From assembly GCA_964016885.1 (NCBI GenBank), contig OZ024744.1:130696001-130760000 (forward strand): a DNA stretch of 64,000 bases, in the 5' to 3' direction. Each line of letters starts with the position of its first letter. The stretch's first letter is position 1. Of the stretch, positions 10,330 to 22,781 are shown one piece after another. The stretch is from Eledone cirrhosa. Lineage: Eukaryota. Below the pieces are notes generated by a model, which ran no database searches, had not been told where the DNA came from, and was given only the letters and a program-made list of their open reading frames with translations. The position numbers and the translations under genes are program-made.

Positions 10330-12602
10330 AGTCGGGGTTAAGTTAAGTTGGCGTTAAGTTAAGTTGGCGTTAAGTTAAGTTAGGCTTAACTTAAGTTGGG
10401 GTTCAGTTAAGTTGGGGGTAAGTTAAGTTGGGGGTAAGTTAAGTTGGGGGTAAGTTAAGTTGGGGTTAAGTTAAGTTGCGGTTAAGTTGGGGTTAAGTTA
10501 AGTTAGGGTTAAGTTAAGTTGGGGTTGAGTTAAGTTGGGGTTAATTAAGTGGTGGTTATGTTAAGTTGGGGTTAATTTAAGTTGGGGTTAATTTAAATTG
10601 GGGTTAAGTTAACTTTGTGGTTAAGTTAAGTTGGGGTTAAGTTAAGTTGGGGTAAAGTTGGGGTTGAGTTAAGTTGGGGTTGAGTGAAGTTGGGGTTAAG
10701 TTAAGTTGGGGTTAAGTTAAGTTGGGGTTAAGATAAGTCGGGGTTAAGTTAAGTTGTGGTTGAGTTAAGTTGGGGTTAATTTAAGTTGGGGCTAAGTTAA
10801 TTTGTGGTTAAGTTAAGTTAGGGTTAAGTTAAGTTGGGGTTAAGTTAAGTTGGGGTTGAGTTAAGTTGGGGTTGAGTTAATTTGGGGTTAAGTTAAGTTG
10901 GGGTTAAGTTAAGTTGGGTTTAAGTTAAGTTGGGGTTAAATTAAGTTGGGGTTAAATTAAGTTGGGGTTAAGTTAAGTTGGGGGTAAGTTAAGTTGGGGG
11001 CAAGTTAATTTGGGGTTAATTTAAGTTGGGGTTAAATTAAGTTGTGGTTACGTTAAGTTGGTGTTAAGTTAAGTTGGGGTTAATTTAAGTTGGGGTTAAT
11101 TAAGTTGGGGTTAAGTTAAGTTAGGGTTAAGTTAAGTTGGGGTTAATTTAAGTTGGGGTTGAGTTAAGTTGGGGTTAAGTTAAGTTGGGGTTATATTAAG
11201 TTGGGGTTAAGTTAAGTTGGGGTTCAGTTAAGTTGGGGTTAAGTTAAGTTGGGGTTAAGTTAAGTTGGGGCTAAGTTAAGTTGGGGCTGAGTTAAGTTGG
11301 GGCTGAGTTAAGTTGGGGCTAAGTTAAGTTGGGGTTGAGTTAAGTTGGGGTTAAGTTGGGGTTAAGTTAAGTTGGGGTTAAGTTAAGTTGGGGTTAAGTT
11401 AAGTTGGGGTTAAGTCAAGTTGGGGTTAAGTTAAGTTGGGGTTAAGTTAATTTGTGGTTAAGTTAAGTTGTGGTTAAGTTAAGTTGGGGTTAAGTTAAGT
11501 TGGGCTTAAGTTAAGTCGGGGTTAAGTTAAGTTGGGGTTAAGTTAAGTTGGGGTTAATTTAAGTTGGGGTTAAGTTAAGTTGGGGTTATGTTAAGTTGGG
11601 TTTAAGTTAAGTTGGGGTTAAGTTAAGTTGAGGTTAAGTTAAGTTGGGGTTAAATTAAGTTGGGGTTAAGTTAAGTTGGGGTTAAGTTAAGTTGGGGTTA
11701 AGTTAAGTTGGGGATAAGTTAAGTTGGGGATAATTTAAGTTGGGGTTAAGTTAAGTTGGGTTTAAGTTAAGTTGGGGTTAAGTTAAGTTGGGGTTAAGTT
11801 AAGTTGGGGTTAAGTTAAGTTGGGGTTAAGTTAAGTTGGGGCTAAGTTAAGTTGGGGCTGAGTTAAGTTGGGGTTAAGTTAAATTGGGGTTAAGTTAAGT
11901 TGGGGTTAAGTTAAGTTGGGGTAAAGTTAAGTTGGGGTTTATTTAAGTTGGGGTTAAGTTAAGTTGGGGTTCAGTTAAGTTGGGGTTCAGTTAAGTTGGG
12001 GTTAAGTTAAGTTGGGGTTAAGATGGGGTTAAATTAAGTTGGGGTTAAGTTAAGTTGGGGTTAAGTTAAGTTGGGGTTAAGCTAAGTTGGGGTTAAGTTA
12101 AGTCGGGGTTAAGTTAAGTCGGGGTTAAGTTAAGTTAGGGTTCAGTTAAGTTGGGGTTAAGTTAAGTTGGGGTTGAGTTAAGTTGGGGTTGAGTTAAGTT
12201 GGGGTTAAGTTAAGTTGGGGTTAATTTAAGTTGCAGTTAAGTTAAGTTGAGGTTAAGTTAAGGTGCGGTTAAGTTAAGTTGGGGTTAAGTTAAGTTGGGG
12301 CTAAGTTAAGTTGGGGCTAAGTTAAGTTGGGGCTAAGTTAAGTTTGGGTTAAGTTAAGTCGGGTTAAGTTAAGTTGGGGTTAAGTTAAGTTGGGGTTAAT
12401 TTAAGTTGGGGTTAAGTTAAGTTGGGGTTAAGTTAAGTTGGGGTTAAGTTAAGTTGGGGTTGAGTTAAGTTGGGTTTAAGTTAAGTTGGGGTTAAGTTAA
12501 GTTGGTTAGTTAAGTTGAGTTTAAGTTAAGTTGGGGTTAATTTAAGTTGGGGTTAAGTTAAGTTGGGGTTAAGTTAAGTTGGGGTTAAGTTAAGTTGGGT
12601 TT

Positions 12603-12802
12603 AACCCCAACTTAACTTAACCCCAACTTCACTCAACCCCAACGTAACTCAACCCCAACTTAACTTAACCCCAACTTCACTCAACCCCAACTTAACTTAA
12701 CCCCAACTTCACTCAACACCAACTTAAGTCAACCCCAACTTAACTTAACCCCAACTTGACTTAACCCCAACTTAAATTAGCCCCAACTTAACTTAAGCCC
12801 AA
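12603..12802 (-). repeat. Inverted satellite block 4, haplotype B (200 bp)
   Basis: GGGTTT|AACCCC; AACACCAACTTAAGTC and CTTAAATTAGCCCC markers; right junction variant AA|TGTCGGGG. Confidence 0.97.
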
Positions 12803-15124
12803 TGTCGGGGTTAAGTTAAGTTGGCGTTATGTTAAGTCAGGCTTAACTTAAGTTGGGGTTCAGTTAAGTTGGGGGTAAGTTAAGTTGCGGGTAAGTTAAG
12901 TTGGGGTTAAGTTAAGATGCGGTTAAGTTGGGGTTAAGTTAAGTTAGGGTTAAGTTAAGTTGGGGTTGAGTTAAGTTGGGGTTAATTAAGTGGTGGTTAT
13001 GTTAAGTTGGGGTTAATTTAAATTGGGGTTAAGTTAACTTTGTGGTTAAGTTAAGTTGGGGTTAAGTTAAGTTGGGGTTAAGTTGGGGTTGAGTTAAGTT
13101 GGGGTTGAGTGAAGTTGGGGTTAAGTTAAGTTGGGGTAAAGTTAAGTTGGGGTTAAGTTAAGTCGGGGTTAAGTTAAGTTGTGGTTGAGTTAAGTTGGGG
13201 TTAATTTAAGTTGGGGCTAAGTTAATTTGTGGTTAAGTTAAGTTGGGGTTAAGTTAAGTTGGGGTTAAGTTAAGTTGGGGTTGAGTTAAGTTGGGGTTGA
13301 GTTAAGTTGGGGTTAAGTTAAGTTGGGGTCAAGTTAAGTTGGGGTTAAGTTGGGGTTAAGTTAAGTTAGGTTTAAGTTAAGTTGGGGTTAAGTTAAGTTG
13401 TGGTTAAGTTAAGTTGGGGTTAAGTTAAGTTGGGGTTAAGTTAAGTTGGGGTTAAGTTAATTTGTGGTTAAGTTAAGTTGGGGTTAAGATAAGTTGGGGT
13501 TAAGTTAAGTCGGGGTTAAGTTAAGTTGGGGTTAAGTTAAGTTGGGGTTAATTTAAGTTGGGGTTAAGTTAAGTTGGGGTTAAATTAAGTTGGGGTTAAG
13601 TTAAGTTGGGGCTAAGTTAAGTTGGGGCTGAGTGAAGTTGGGGCTGAGTTAAGTTGGGGCTAAGTTAAGTTGGGGTTGAGTTAAGTTGGGGTTAAGTTGG
13701 GGTTAAGTTAAGTTAGGTTTAAGTTAAGTTGGGGTTAAGTTAAGTTGGGGTTAAGTTAAGTTGGGGTTAAGTTAAGTTGGGGTTAAGTTAAGTTGGGGTT
13801 AAGTTAATTTGTGGTTAAGTTAAGTTGTGGTTAAGTTAAGTTGGGGTTAAGTTAAGTTGGGGTTAAGTTAAGTCGGGGTTAAATTAAGTTGGGGTTAAGT
13901 TAAGTTGGGGTTAATTTAAGTTGGGGTTAAGTTATGTTGGGGTTAAGTTAATTGGGGTTAAGTTAAGTTGGGGTTAAGTTAAGTTGAGGTTAAGTTAAGT
14001 TGGGGTTAAGTTAAGTTGGGGTTAAGTTAAGTTGGGGATAAGTTAAGTTGGGGATAATTTAAGTTGGGGTTAAGTTAAGTTGGGTTTAAGTTAAGTTGGG
14101 GTTAAGTTAAGTTGGGGTTAAGTTAAGTTGGGGTTAAGTTAAGTTGGGGTTAAGTTAAGTTGGGGCTAAGTTAAGTTGGGGCTGAGTTAAGTTGGAGTTA
14201 AGTTAAGTTGGGGTTAAGTTAAGTTGGGGTTAAGTTAAGTTGGGGTTAATTTAAGTTGGGGTTAAGTTAAGTTGCGGGTAATTTAAGTTGGGGTTAAGTT
14301 AAGTTGGGGTTAAGTTAAGTTGGGGTTAAGTTAAGTTGGGGTTAAGTTAAGTTGGGGCTAATTTAAGTTGGGGCTGAGTTAAGTTGGGGTTAAGTTAAGT
14401 TGGGGTTAAGTTAAGTTGGGATTAAGTTAAGTTGGGGTTAAGTTAAGTTGGGGTTTATTTAAGTTGGGGTTAAGTTAAGTTGGGGTTCAGTTAAGTTGGG
14501 GTTCAGTTAAGTTGGGGTTAAGTTAAGTTGGGGTTAAGTTAAGTTGGGGTTAAGTTAAATCGGGGTTAATTTAAGTCGGGGTTAAGTTAAGTTAGGGTTC
14601 AGTTAAGTTGGGGTTAAGTTAAGTTGGGGTTGAGTTAAGATGGGGTTCAGTTAAATTGGGGTTGAGTTAAGTTGGGGTTGAGTTAAGTTGGTGTTGAGTT
14701 AAGTTGGGGTTAAGTTAAATTGGGGTTAAGTTAAGTTGCAGTTAAGTTAAGTTGAGGTTAAGTTAAGGTGCGGTTAAGTTAAGTTGGGGTTAAGTTAAGT
14801 TGGGGCTAAGTTAAGTTGGGGCTAAGTTAAGTTGGGGCTAAGTTAAGTTGGGGTTAAGTTAAGTTGGGGTTAAGTTAAGTCGGGGTTAAGTTAAGTTGGG
14901 GTTAAGTTAAGTTGGGGTTAATTTAAGTTGGGGTTAAGTTAAGTTGGGGTTAAGTTAAGTTGGGTTTAAGTTAAGTTGGGGTTAAGTTAAGTTGGGGTTA
15001 AGTTAAGTTGGGGTTAAGTTAAGTTCGTTTGTTAAGTTGAGTTTAAGTTAAGTTGGGGTTAATTTAAGTTGGGGTTAAGTTAAGTTGGGGTTAAGTTAAG
15101 TTGGGGTTAAGTTAAGTTGGGGTT

Positions 15125-15299
15125 AACCCCAACTTAACTTAACCCCAACTTCACTCAACCCCAACGTAACTCAACCCCAACTTAACTTAACCCCAACTTC
15201 ACTCAACCCCAACTTAACTTAACCCCAACTTCACTCAACCCCAACTTCCAACTTGACTTAACCCCAACTTAACTTAGCCCCAACTTAACTTAAGCCCAA
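15125..15299 (-). repeat. Inverted satellite block 5, haplotype A
   Basis: Same sequence and junctions as block 1. Confidence 0.97.
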
Positions 15300-17577
15300 A
15301 GTCGGGGTTAAGTTAAGTTGGCGTTAAGTTAAGTTGGCGTTAAGTTAAGTTAGGCTTAACTTAAGTTGGGGTTCAGTTAAGTTGGGGGTAAGTTAAGTTG
15401 GGGGTAAGTTAAGTTGGGGGTAAGTTAAGTTGGGGTTAAGTTAAGTTGCGGTTAAGTTGGGGTTAAGTTAAGTTAGGGTTAAGTTAAGTTGGGGTTGAGT
15501 TAAGTTGGGGTTAATTAAGTGGTGGTTATGTTAAGTTGGGGTTAAGTTAAGTTGGGGTTAATTTAAATTGGGGTTAAGTTAACTTTGTGGTTAAGTTAAG
15601 TTGGGGTTAAGTTAAGTTGGGGTAAAGTTGGGGTTGAGTTAAGTTGGGGTTGAGTGAAGTTGGGGTTAAGTTAAGTTGGGGTTAAGTTAAGTTGGGGTTA
15701 AGATAAGTCGGGGTTAAGTTAAGTTGTGGTTGAGTTAAGTTGGGGTTAATTTAAGTTGGGGCTAAGTTAATTTGTGGTTAAGTTAAGTTAGGGTTAAGTT
15801 AAGTTGGGGTTAAGTTAAGTTGGGGTTGAGTTAAGTTGGGGTTGAGTTAATTTGGGGTTAAGTTAAGTTGGGGTTAAGTTAAGTTGGGTTTAAGTTAAGT
15901 TGGGGTTAAATTAAGTTGGGGTTAAATTAAGTTGGGGTTAAGTTAAGTTGGGGGTAAGTTAAGTTGGGGGCAAGTTAATTTGGGGTTAATTTAAGTTGGG
16001 GTTAAATTAAGTTGTGGTTACGTTAAGTTGGTGTTAAGTTAAGTTGGGGTTAATTTAAGTTGGGGTTAATTAAGTTGGGGTTAAGTTAAGTTAGGGTTAA
16101 GTTAAGTTGGGGTTAATTTAAGTTGGGGTTGAGTTAAGTTGGGGTTAAGTTAAGTTGGGGTTATATTAAGTTGGGGTTAAGTTAAGTTGGGGTTAAGTTA
16201 AGTTGTGGTTAAGTTAAGTCGGGGTTAAGTTAAGTTGGGGTTAATTTAAGTTGGGGTTAATTTAAGTTGGGGTTAAGTTAAGTTGGGGTTAAGTTAAGTT
16301 GGGGTTAAGTTAATTGGGGTTAAGTTAAGTTGGGGTTAAGTTAAGTTGAGGTTAAGTTAAGTTGGGGTTAAATTAAGTTTGGGTTAAGTTAAGTTGGGGT
16401 TAAGTTAAGTTGGGGTTAAGTTAAGTTGGGGATAAGTTAAGTTGGGGATAATTTAAGTTGGGGTTAAGTTAAGTTGGGTTTAAGTTAAGTTGGGGTTAAG
16501 TTAAGTTGGGGTTAAGTTAAGTTGGGGTTAAGTTAAGTTGGGGTTAAGTTAAGTTGGGGCTAAGTTAAGTTGGGGCTGAGTTAAGTTGGAGTTAAGTTAA
16601 GTTGGGGTTAAGTTAAGTTGGGGTTAAGTTAAGTTGGGGTTAATTTAAGTTGGGGTTAAGTTAAGTTGCGGGTAATTTAAGTTGGGGTTAAGTTAAGTTG
16701 GGGTTAAGTTAAGTTGGGGTTAAGTTAAGTTGGGGTTAAGTTAAGTTGGGGCTAATTTAAGTTGGGGCTGAGTTAAGTTGGGGTTAAGTTAAGTTGGGGT
16801 TAAGTTAAGTTGGGATTAAGTTAAGTTGGGGTTAAGTTAAGTTGGGGTTTATTTAAGTTGGGGTTAAGTTAAGTTGGGGTTCAGTTAAGTTGGGGTTCAG
16901 TTAAGTTGGGGTTAAGTTAAGTTGGGGTTAAGATGGGGTTAAATTACGTTGGAGTTAAGTTAAGTTGGGGTTAAGTTAAGTTGGGGTTAAGTTAAGTTGG
17001 GGTTAAGTTAAATCGGGGTTAATTTAAGTCGGGGTTAAGTTAAGTTAGGGTTCAGTTAAGTTGGGGTTAAGTTAAGTTGGGGTTGAGTTAAGATGGGGTT
17101 CAGTTAAATTGGGGTTGAGTTAAGTTGGGGTTGAGTTAAGTTGGTGTTGAGTTAAGTTGGGGTTAAGTTAAATTGGGGTTAAGTTAAGTTGCAGTTAAGT
17201 TAAGTTGAGGTTAAGTTAAGGTGCGGTTAAGTTAAGTTGGGGTTAAGTTAAGTTGGGGCTAAGTTAAGTTGGGGCTAAGTTAAGTTGGGGCTAAGTTAAG
17301 TTGGGGTTAAGTTAAGTTGGGGTTAAGTTAAGTCGGGGTTAAGTTAAGTTGGGGTTAAGTTAAGTTGGGGTTAATTTAAGTTGGGGTTAAGTTAAGTTGG
17401 GGTTAAGTTAAGTTGGGTTTAAGTTAAGTTGGGGTTAAGTTAAGTTGGGGTTAAGTTAAGTTGGGGTTAAGTTAAGTTCGTTTGTTAAGTTGAGTTTAAG
17501 TTAAGTTGGGGTTAATTTAAGTTGGGGTTAAGTTAAGTTGGGGTTAAGTTAAGTTGGGGTTAAGTTAAGTTGGGGTT

Positions 17578-17752
17578 AACCCCAACTTAACTTAACCCCA
17601 ACTTCACTCAACCCCAACGTAACTCAACCCCAACTTAACTTAACCCCAACTTCACTCAACCCCAACTTAACTTAACCCCAACTTCACTCAACCCCAACTT
17701 CCAACTTGACTTAACCCCAACTTAACTTAGCCCCAACTTAACTTAAGCCCAA
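17578..17752 (-). repeat. Inverted satellite block 6, haplotype A
   Basis: Same sequence and junctions as block 1. Confidence 0.97.
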
Positions 17753-19993
17753 AGTCGGGGTTAAGTTAAGTTGGCGTTAAGTTAAGTTAGGCTTAACTTA
17801 AGTTGGGGTTCAGTTAAGTTGGGGGTAAGTTAAGTTGGGGGTAAGTTAAGTTGGGGGTAAGTTAAGTTGGGGTTAAGTTAAGTTGCGGTTAAGTTGGGGT
17901 TAAGTTAAGTTAGGGTTAAGTTAAGTTGGGGTTGAGTTAAGTTGGGGTTAATTAAGTGGTGGTTATGTTAAGTTGGGGTTAAGTTAAGTTGGGGTTAATT
18001 TAAATTGGGGTTAAGTTAACTTTGTGGTTAAGTTAAGTTGGGGTTAAGTTAAGTTGGGGTAAAGTTGGGGTTGAGTTAAGTTGGGGTTGAGTGAAGTTGG
18101 GGTTAAGTTAAGTTGGGGTTAAGTTAAGTTGGGGTTAAGATAAGTCGGGGTTAAGTTAAGTTGTGGTTGAGTTAAGTTGGGGTTAATTTAAGTTGGGGCT
18201 AAGTTAATTTGTGGTTAAGTTAAGTTAGGGTTAAGTTAAGTTGGGGTTAAGTTAAGTTGGGGTTGAGTTAAGTTGGGGTTGAGTTAATTTGGGGTTAAGT
18301 TAAGTTGGGGTTAAGTTAAGTTGGGTTTAAGTTAAGTTGGGGTTAAATTAAGTTGGGGTTAAATTAAGTTGGGGTTAAGTTAAGTTGGGGGTAAGTTAAG
18401 TTGGGGGCAAGTTAATTTGGGGTTAATTTAAGTTGGGGTTAAATTAAGTTGTGGTTACGTTAAGTTGGTGTTAAGTTAAGTTGGGGTTAATTTAAGTTGG
18501 GGTTAATTAAGTTGGGGTTAAGTTAAGTTAGGGTTAAGTTAAGTTGGGGTTAATTTAAGTTGGGGTTGAGTTAAGTTGGGGTTAAGTTAAGTTGGGGTTA
18601 TATTAAGTTGGGGTTAAGTTAAGTTGGGGTTCACTTAAGTTGGGGTTAAGTTAAGTTGGGGTTAAGTTAAGTTGGGGCTAAGTTAAGTTGGGGCTGAGTT
18701 AAGTTGGGGCTGAGTTAAGTTGGGGCTAAGTTAAGTTGGGGTTGAGTTAAGTTGGGGTTAAGTTGGGGTTAAGTTAAGTTAGGTTTAAGTTAAGTTGGGG
18801 TTAAGTTAAGTTGGGGTTAAGTTAAGTTGGGGTTAAGTCAAGTTGGGGTTAAGTTAAGTTGGGGTTAAGTTAATTTGTGGTTAAGTTAAGTTGTGGTTAA
18901 GTTAAGTTGGGGTTAAGTTAAGTTGGGCTTAAGTTAAGTCGGGGTTAAGTTAAGTTGGGGTTAAGTTAAGTTGGGGTTATGTTAAGTTGGGTTTAAGTTA
19001 AGTTGGGGTTAAGTTAAGTTGAGGTTAAGTTAAGTTGGGGTTAAATTAAGTTGGGGTTAAGTTAAGTTGGGGTTAAGTTAAGTTGGGGTTAAGTTAAGTT
19101 GGGGATAAGTTAAGTTGGGGATAATTTAAGTTGGGGTTAAGTTAAGTTGGGTTTAAGTTAAGTTGGGGTTAAGTTAAGTTGGGGTTAAGTTAAGTTGGGG
19201 TTAAGTTAAGTTGGGGTTAAGTTAAGTTGGGGCTAAGTTAAGTTGGGGCTGAGTTAAGTTGGGGTTAAGTTAAATTGGGGTTAAGTTAAGTTGGGGTTAA
19301 GTTAAGTTGGGGTAAAGTTAAGTTGGGGTTTATTTAAGTTGGGGTTAAGTTAAGTTGGGGTTCAGTTAAGTTGGGGTTCAGTTAAGTTGGGGTTAAGTTA
19401 AGTTGGGGTTAAGATGGGGTTAAATTAAGTTGGGGTTAAGTTAAGTTGGGGTTAAGTTAAGTTGGGGTTAAGCTAAGTTGGGGTTAAGTTAAGTCGGGGT
19501 TAAGTTAAGTCGGGGTTAAGTTAAGTTAGGGTTCAGTTAAGTTGGGGTTAAGTTAAGTTGGGGTTGAGTTAAGTTGGGGTTGAGTTAAGTTGGGGTTAAG
19601 TTAAGTTGGGGTTAATTTAAGTTGCAGTTAAGTTAAGTTGAGGTTAAGTTAAGGTGCGGTTAAGTTAAGTTGGGGTTAAGTTAAGTTGGGGCTAAGTTAA
19701 GTTGGGGCTAAGTTAAGTTGGGGCTAAGTTAAGTTTGGGTTAAGTTAAGTCGGGTTAAGTTAAGTTGGGGTTAAGTTAAGTTGGGGTTAATTTAAGTTGG
19801 GGTTAAGTTAAGTTGGGGTTAAGTTAAGTTGGGGTTAAGTTAAGTTGGGGTTGAGTTAAGTTGGGTTTAAGTTAAGTTGGGGTTAAGTTAAGTTGGTTAG
19901 TTAAGTTGAGTTTAAGTTAAGTTGGGGTTAATTTAAGTTGGGGTTAAGTTAAGTTGGGGTTAAGTTAAGTTGGGGTTAAGTTAAGTTGGGTTT

Positions 19994-20193
19994 AACCCCA
20001 ACTTAACTTAACCCCAACTTCACTCAACCCCAACGTAACTCAACCCCAACTTAACTTAACCCCAACTTCACTCAACCCCAACTTAACTTAACCCCAACTT
20101 CACTCAACACCAACTTAAGTCAACCCCAACTTAACTTAACCCCAACTTGACTTAACCCCAACTTAAATTAGCCCCAACTTAACTTAAGCCCAA
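19994..20193 (-). repeat. Inverted satellite block 7, haplotype B
   Basis: Haplotype B markers, 200 bp. Confidence 0.97.
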
Positions 20194-22606
20194 AGTCGGG
20201 GTTAAGTTAAGTTGGCGTTATGTTAAGTCAGGCTTAACTTAAGTTGGGGTTCAGTTAAGTTGGGGGTAAGTTAAGTTGCGGGTAAGTTAAGTTGGGGTTA
20301 AGTTAAGTTGCGGTTAAGTTGGGGTTAAGTTAAGTTAGGGTTAAGTTAAGTTGGGGTTGAGTTAAGTTGGGGTTAATTAAGTGGTGGTTATGTTAAGTTG
20401 GGGTTAATTTAAATTGGGGTTAAGTTAACTTTGTGGTTAAGTTAAGTTGGGGTTAAGTTAAGTTGGGGTTAAGTTGGGGTTGAGTTAAGTTGGGGTTGAG
20501 TGAAGTTGGGGTTAAGTTAAGTTGGGGTAAAGTTAAGTTGGGGTTAAGTTAAGTCGGGGTTAAGTTAAGTTGTGGTTGAGTTAAGTTGGGGTTAATTTAA
20601 GTTGGGGCTAAGTTAATTTGTGGTTAAGTTAAGTTGGGGTTAAGTTAAGTTGGGGTTAAGTTAAGTTGGGGTTGAGTTAAGTTGGGGTTGAGTTAAGTTG
20701 GGGTTAAGTTAAGTTGGGGTCAAGTTAAGTTGGGGTTAAGTTGGGGTTAAGTTAAGTTAGGTTTAAGTTAAGTTGGGGTTAAGTTAAGTTGTGGTTAAGT
20801 TAAGTTGGGGTTAAGTTAAGTTGGGGTTAAGTTAAGTTGGGGTTAAGTTAATTTGTGGTTAAGTTAAGTTGGGGTTAAGATAAGTTGGGGTTAAGTTAAG
20901 TCGGGGTTAAGTTAAGTTGGGGTTAAGTTAAGTTGGGGTTAATTTAAGTTGGGGTTAAGTTAAGTTGGGGTTAAATTAAGTTGGGGTTAAGTTAAGTTGG
21001 GGTTAAGTTAAGTTGGTGTTAAGTTAAGTTGGGGCTAAGTTAAGTTGGGGCTGAGTGAAGTTGGGGCTGAGTTAAGTTGGGGCTAAGTTAAGTTGGGGTT
21101 GAGTTAAGTTGGGGTTAAGTTGGGGTTAAGTTAAGTTAGGTTTAAGTTAAGTTGGGGTTAAGTTAAGTTGGGGTTAAGTTAAGTTGGGGTTAAGTTAAGT
21201 TGGGGTTAAGTTAAGTTGGGGTTAAGTTAATTTGTGGTTAAGTTAAGTTGTGGTTAAGTTAAGTTGGGGTTAAGTTAAGTTGGGGTTAAGTTAAGTCGGG
21301 GTTAAATTAAGTTGGGGTTAAGTTAAGTTGGGGTTAATTTAAGTTGGGGTTAAGTTATGTTGGGGTTAAGTTAATTGGGGTTAAGTTAAGTTGGGGTTAA
21401 GTTAAGTTGAGGTTAAGTTAAGTTGGGGTTAAGTTAAGTTGGGGTTAAGTTAAGTTGGGGATAAGTTAAGTTGGGGATAATTTAAGTTGGGGTTAAGTTA
21501 AGTTGGGTTTAAGTTAAGTTGGGGTTAAGTTAAGTTGGGGTTAAGTTAAGTTGGGGTTAAGTTAAGTTGGGGTTAAGTTAAGTTGGGGCTAAGTTAAGTT
21601 GGGGCTGAGTTAAGTTGGAGTTAAGTTAAGTTGGGGTTAAGTTAAGTTGGGGTTAAGTTAAGTTGGGGTTAATTTAAGTTGGGGTTAAGTTAAGTTGCGG
21701 GTAATTTAAGTTGGGGTTAAGTTAAGTTGGGGTTAAGTTAAGTTGGGGTTAAGTTAAGTTGGGGTTAAGTTAAGTTGGGGCTAATTTAAGTTGGGGCTGA
21801 GTTAAGTTGGGGTTAAGTTAAGTTGGGGTTAAGTTAAGTTGGGATTAAGTTAAGTTGGGGTTAAGTTAAGTTGGGGTTTATTTAAGTTGGGGTTAAGTTA
21901 AGTTGGGGTTCAGTTAAGTTGGGGTTCAGTTAAGTTGGGGTTAAGTTAAGTTGGGGTTAAGATGGGGTTAAATTACGTTGGAGTTAAGTTAAGTTGGGGT
22001 TAAGTTAAGTTGGGGTTAAGTTAAGTTGGGGTTAAGTTAAATCGGGGTTAATTTAAGTCGGGGTTAAGTTAAGTTAGGGTTCAGTTAAGTTGGGGTTAAG
22101 TTAAGTTGGGGTTGAGTTAAGATGGGGTTCAGTTAAATTGGGGTTGAGTTAAGTTGGGGTTGAGTTAAGTTGGTGTTGAGTTAAGTTGGGGTTAAGTTAA
22201 ATTGGGGTTAAGTTAAGTTGCAGTTAAGTTAAGTTGAGGTTAAGTTAAGGTGCGGTTAAGTTAAGTTGGGGTTAAGTTAAGTTGGGGCTAAGTTAAGTTG
22301 GGGCTAAGTTAAGTTGGGGCTAAGTTAAGTTGGGGTTAAGTTAAGTTGGGGTTAAGTTAAGTCGGGGTTAAGTTAAGTTGGGGTTAAGTTAAGTTGGGGT
22401 TAATTTAAGTTGGGGTTAAGTTAAGTTGGGGTTAAGTTAAGTTGGGTTTAAGTTAAGTTGGGGTTAAGTTAAGTTGGGGTTAAGTTAAGTTGGGGTTAAG
22501 TTAAGTTCGTTTGTTAAGTTGAGTTTAAGTTAAGTTGGGGTTAATTTAAGTTGGGGTTAAGTTAAGTTGGGGTTAAGTTAAGTTGGGGTTAAGTTAAGTT
22601 GGGGTT

Positions 22607-22781
22607 AACCCCAACTTAACTTAACCCCAACTTCACTCAACCCCAACGTAACTCAACCCCAACTTAACTTAACCCCAACTTCACTCAACCCCAACTTAAC
22701 TTAACCCCAACTTCACTCAACCCCAACTTCCAACTTGACTTAACCCCAACTTAACTTAGCCCCAACTTAACTTAAGCCCAA
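22607..22781 (-). repeat. Inverted satellite block 8, haplotype A
   Basis: Same sequence and junctions as block 1. Confidence 0.97.
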
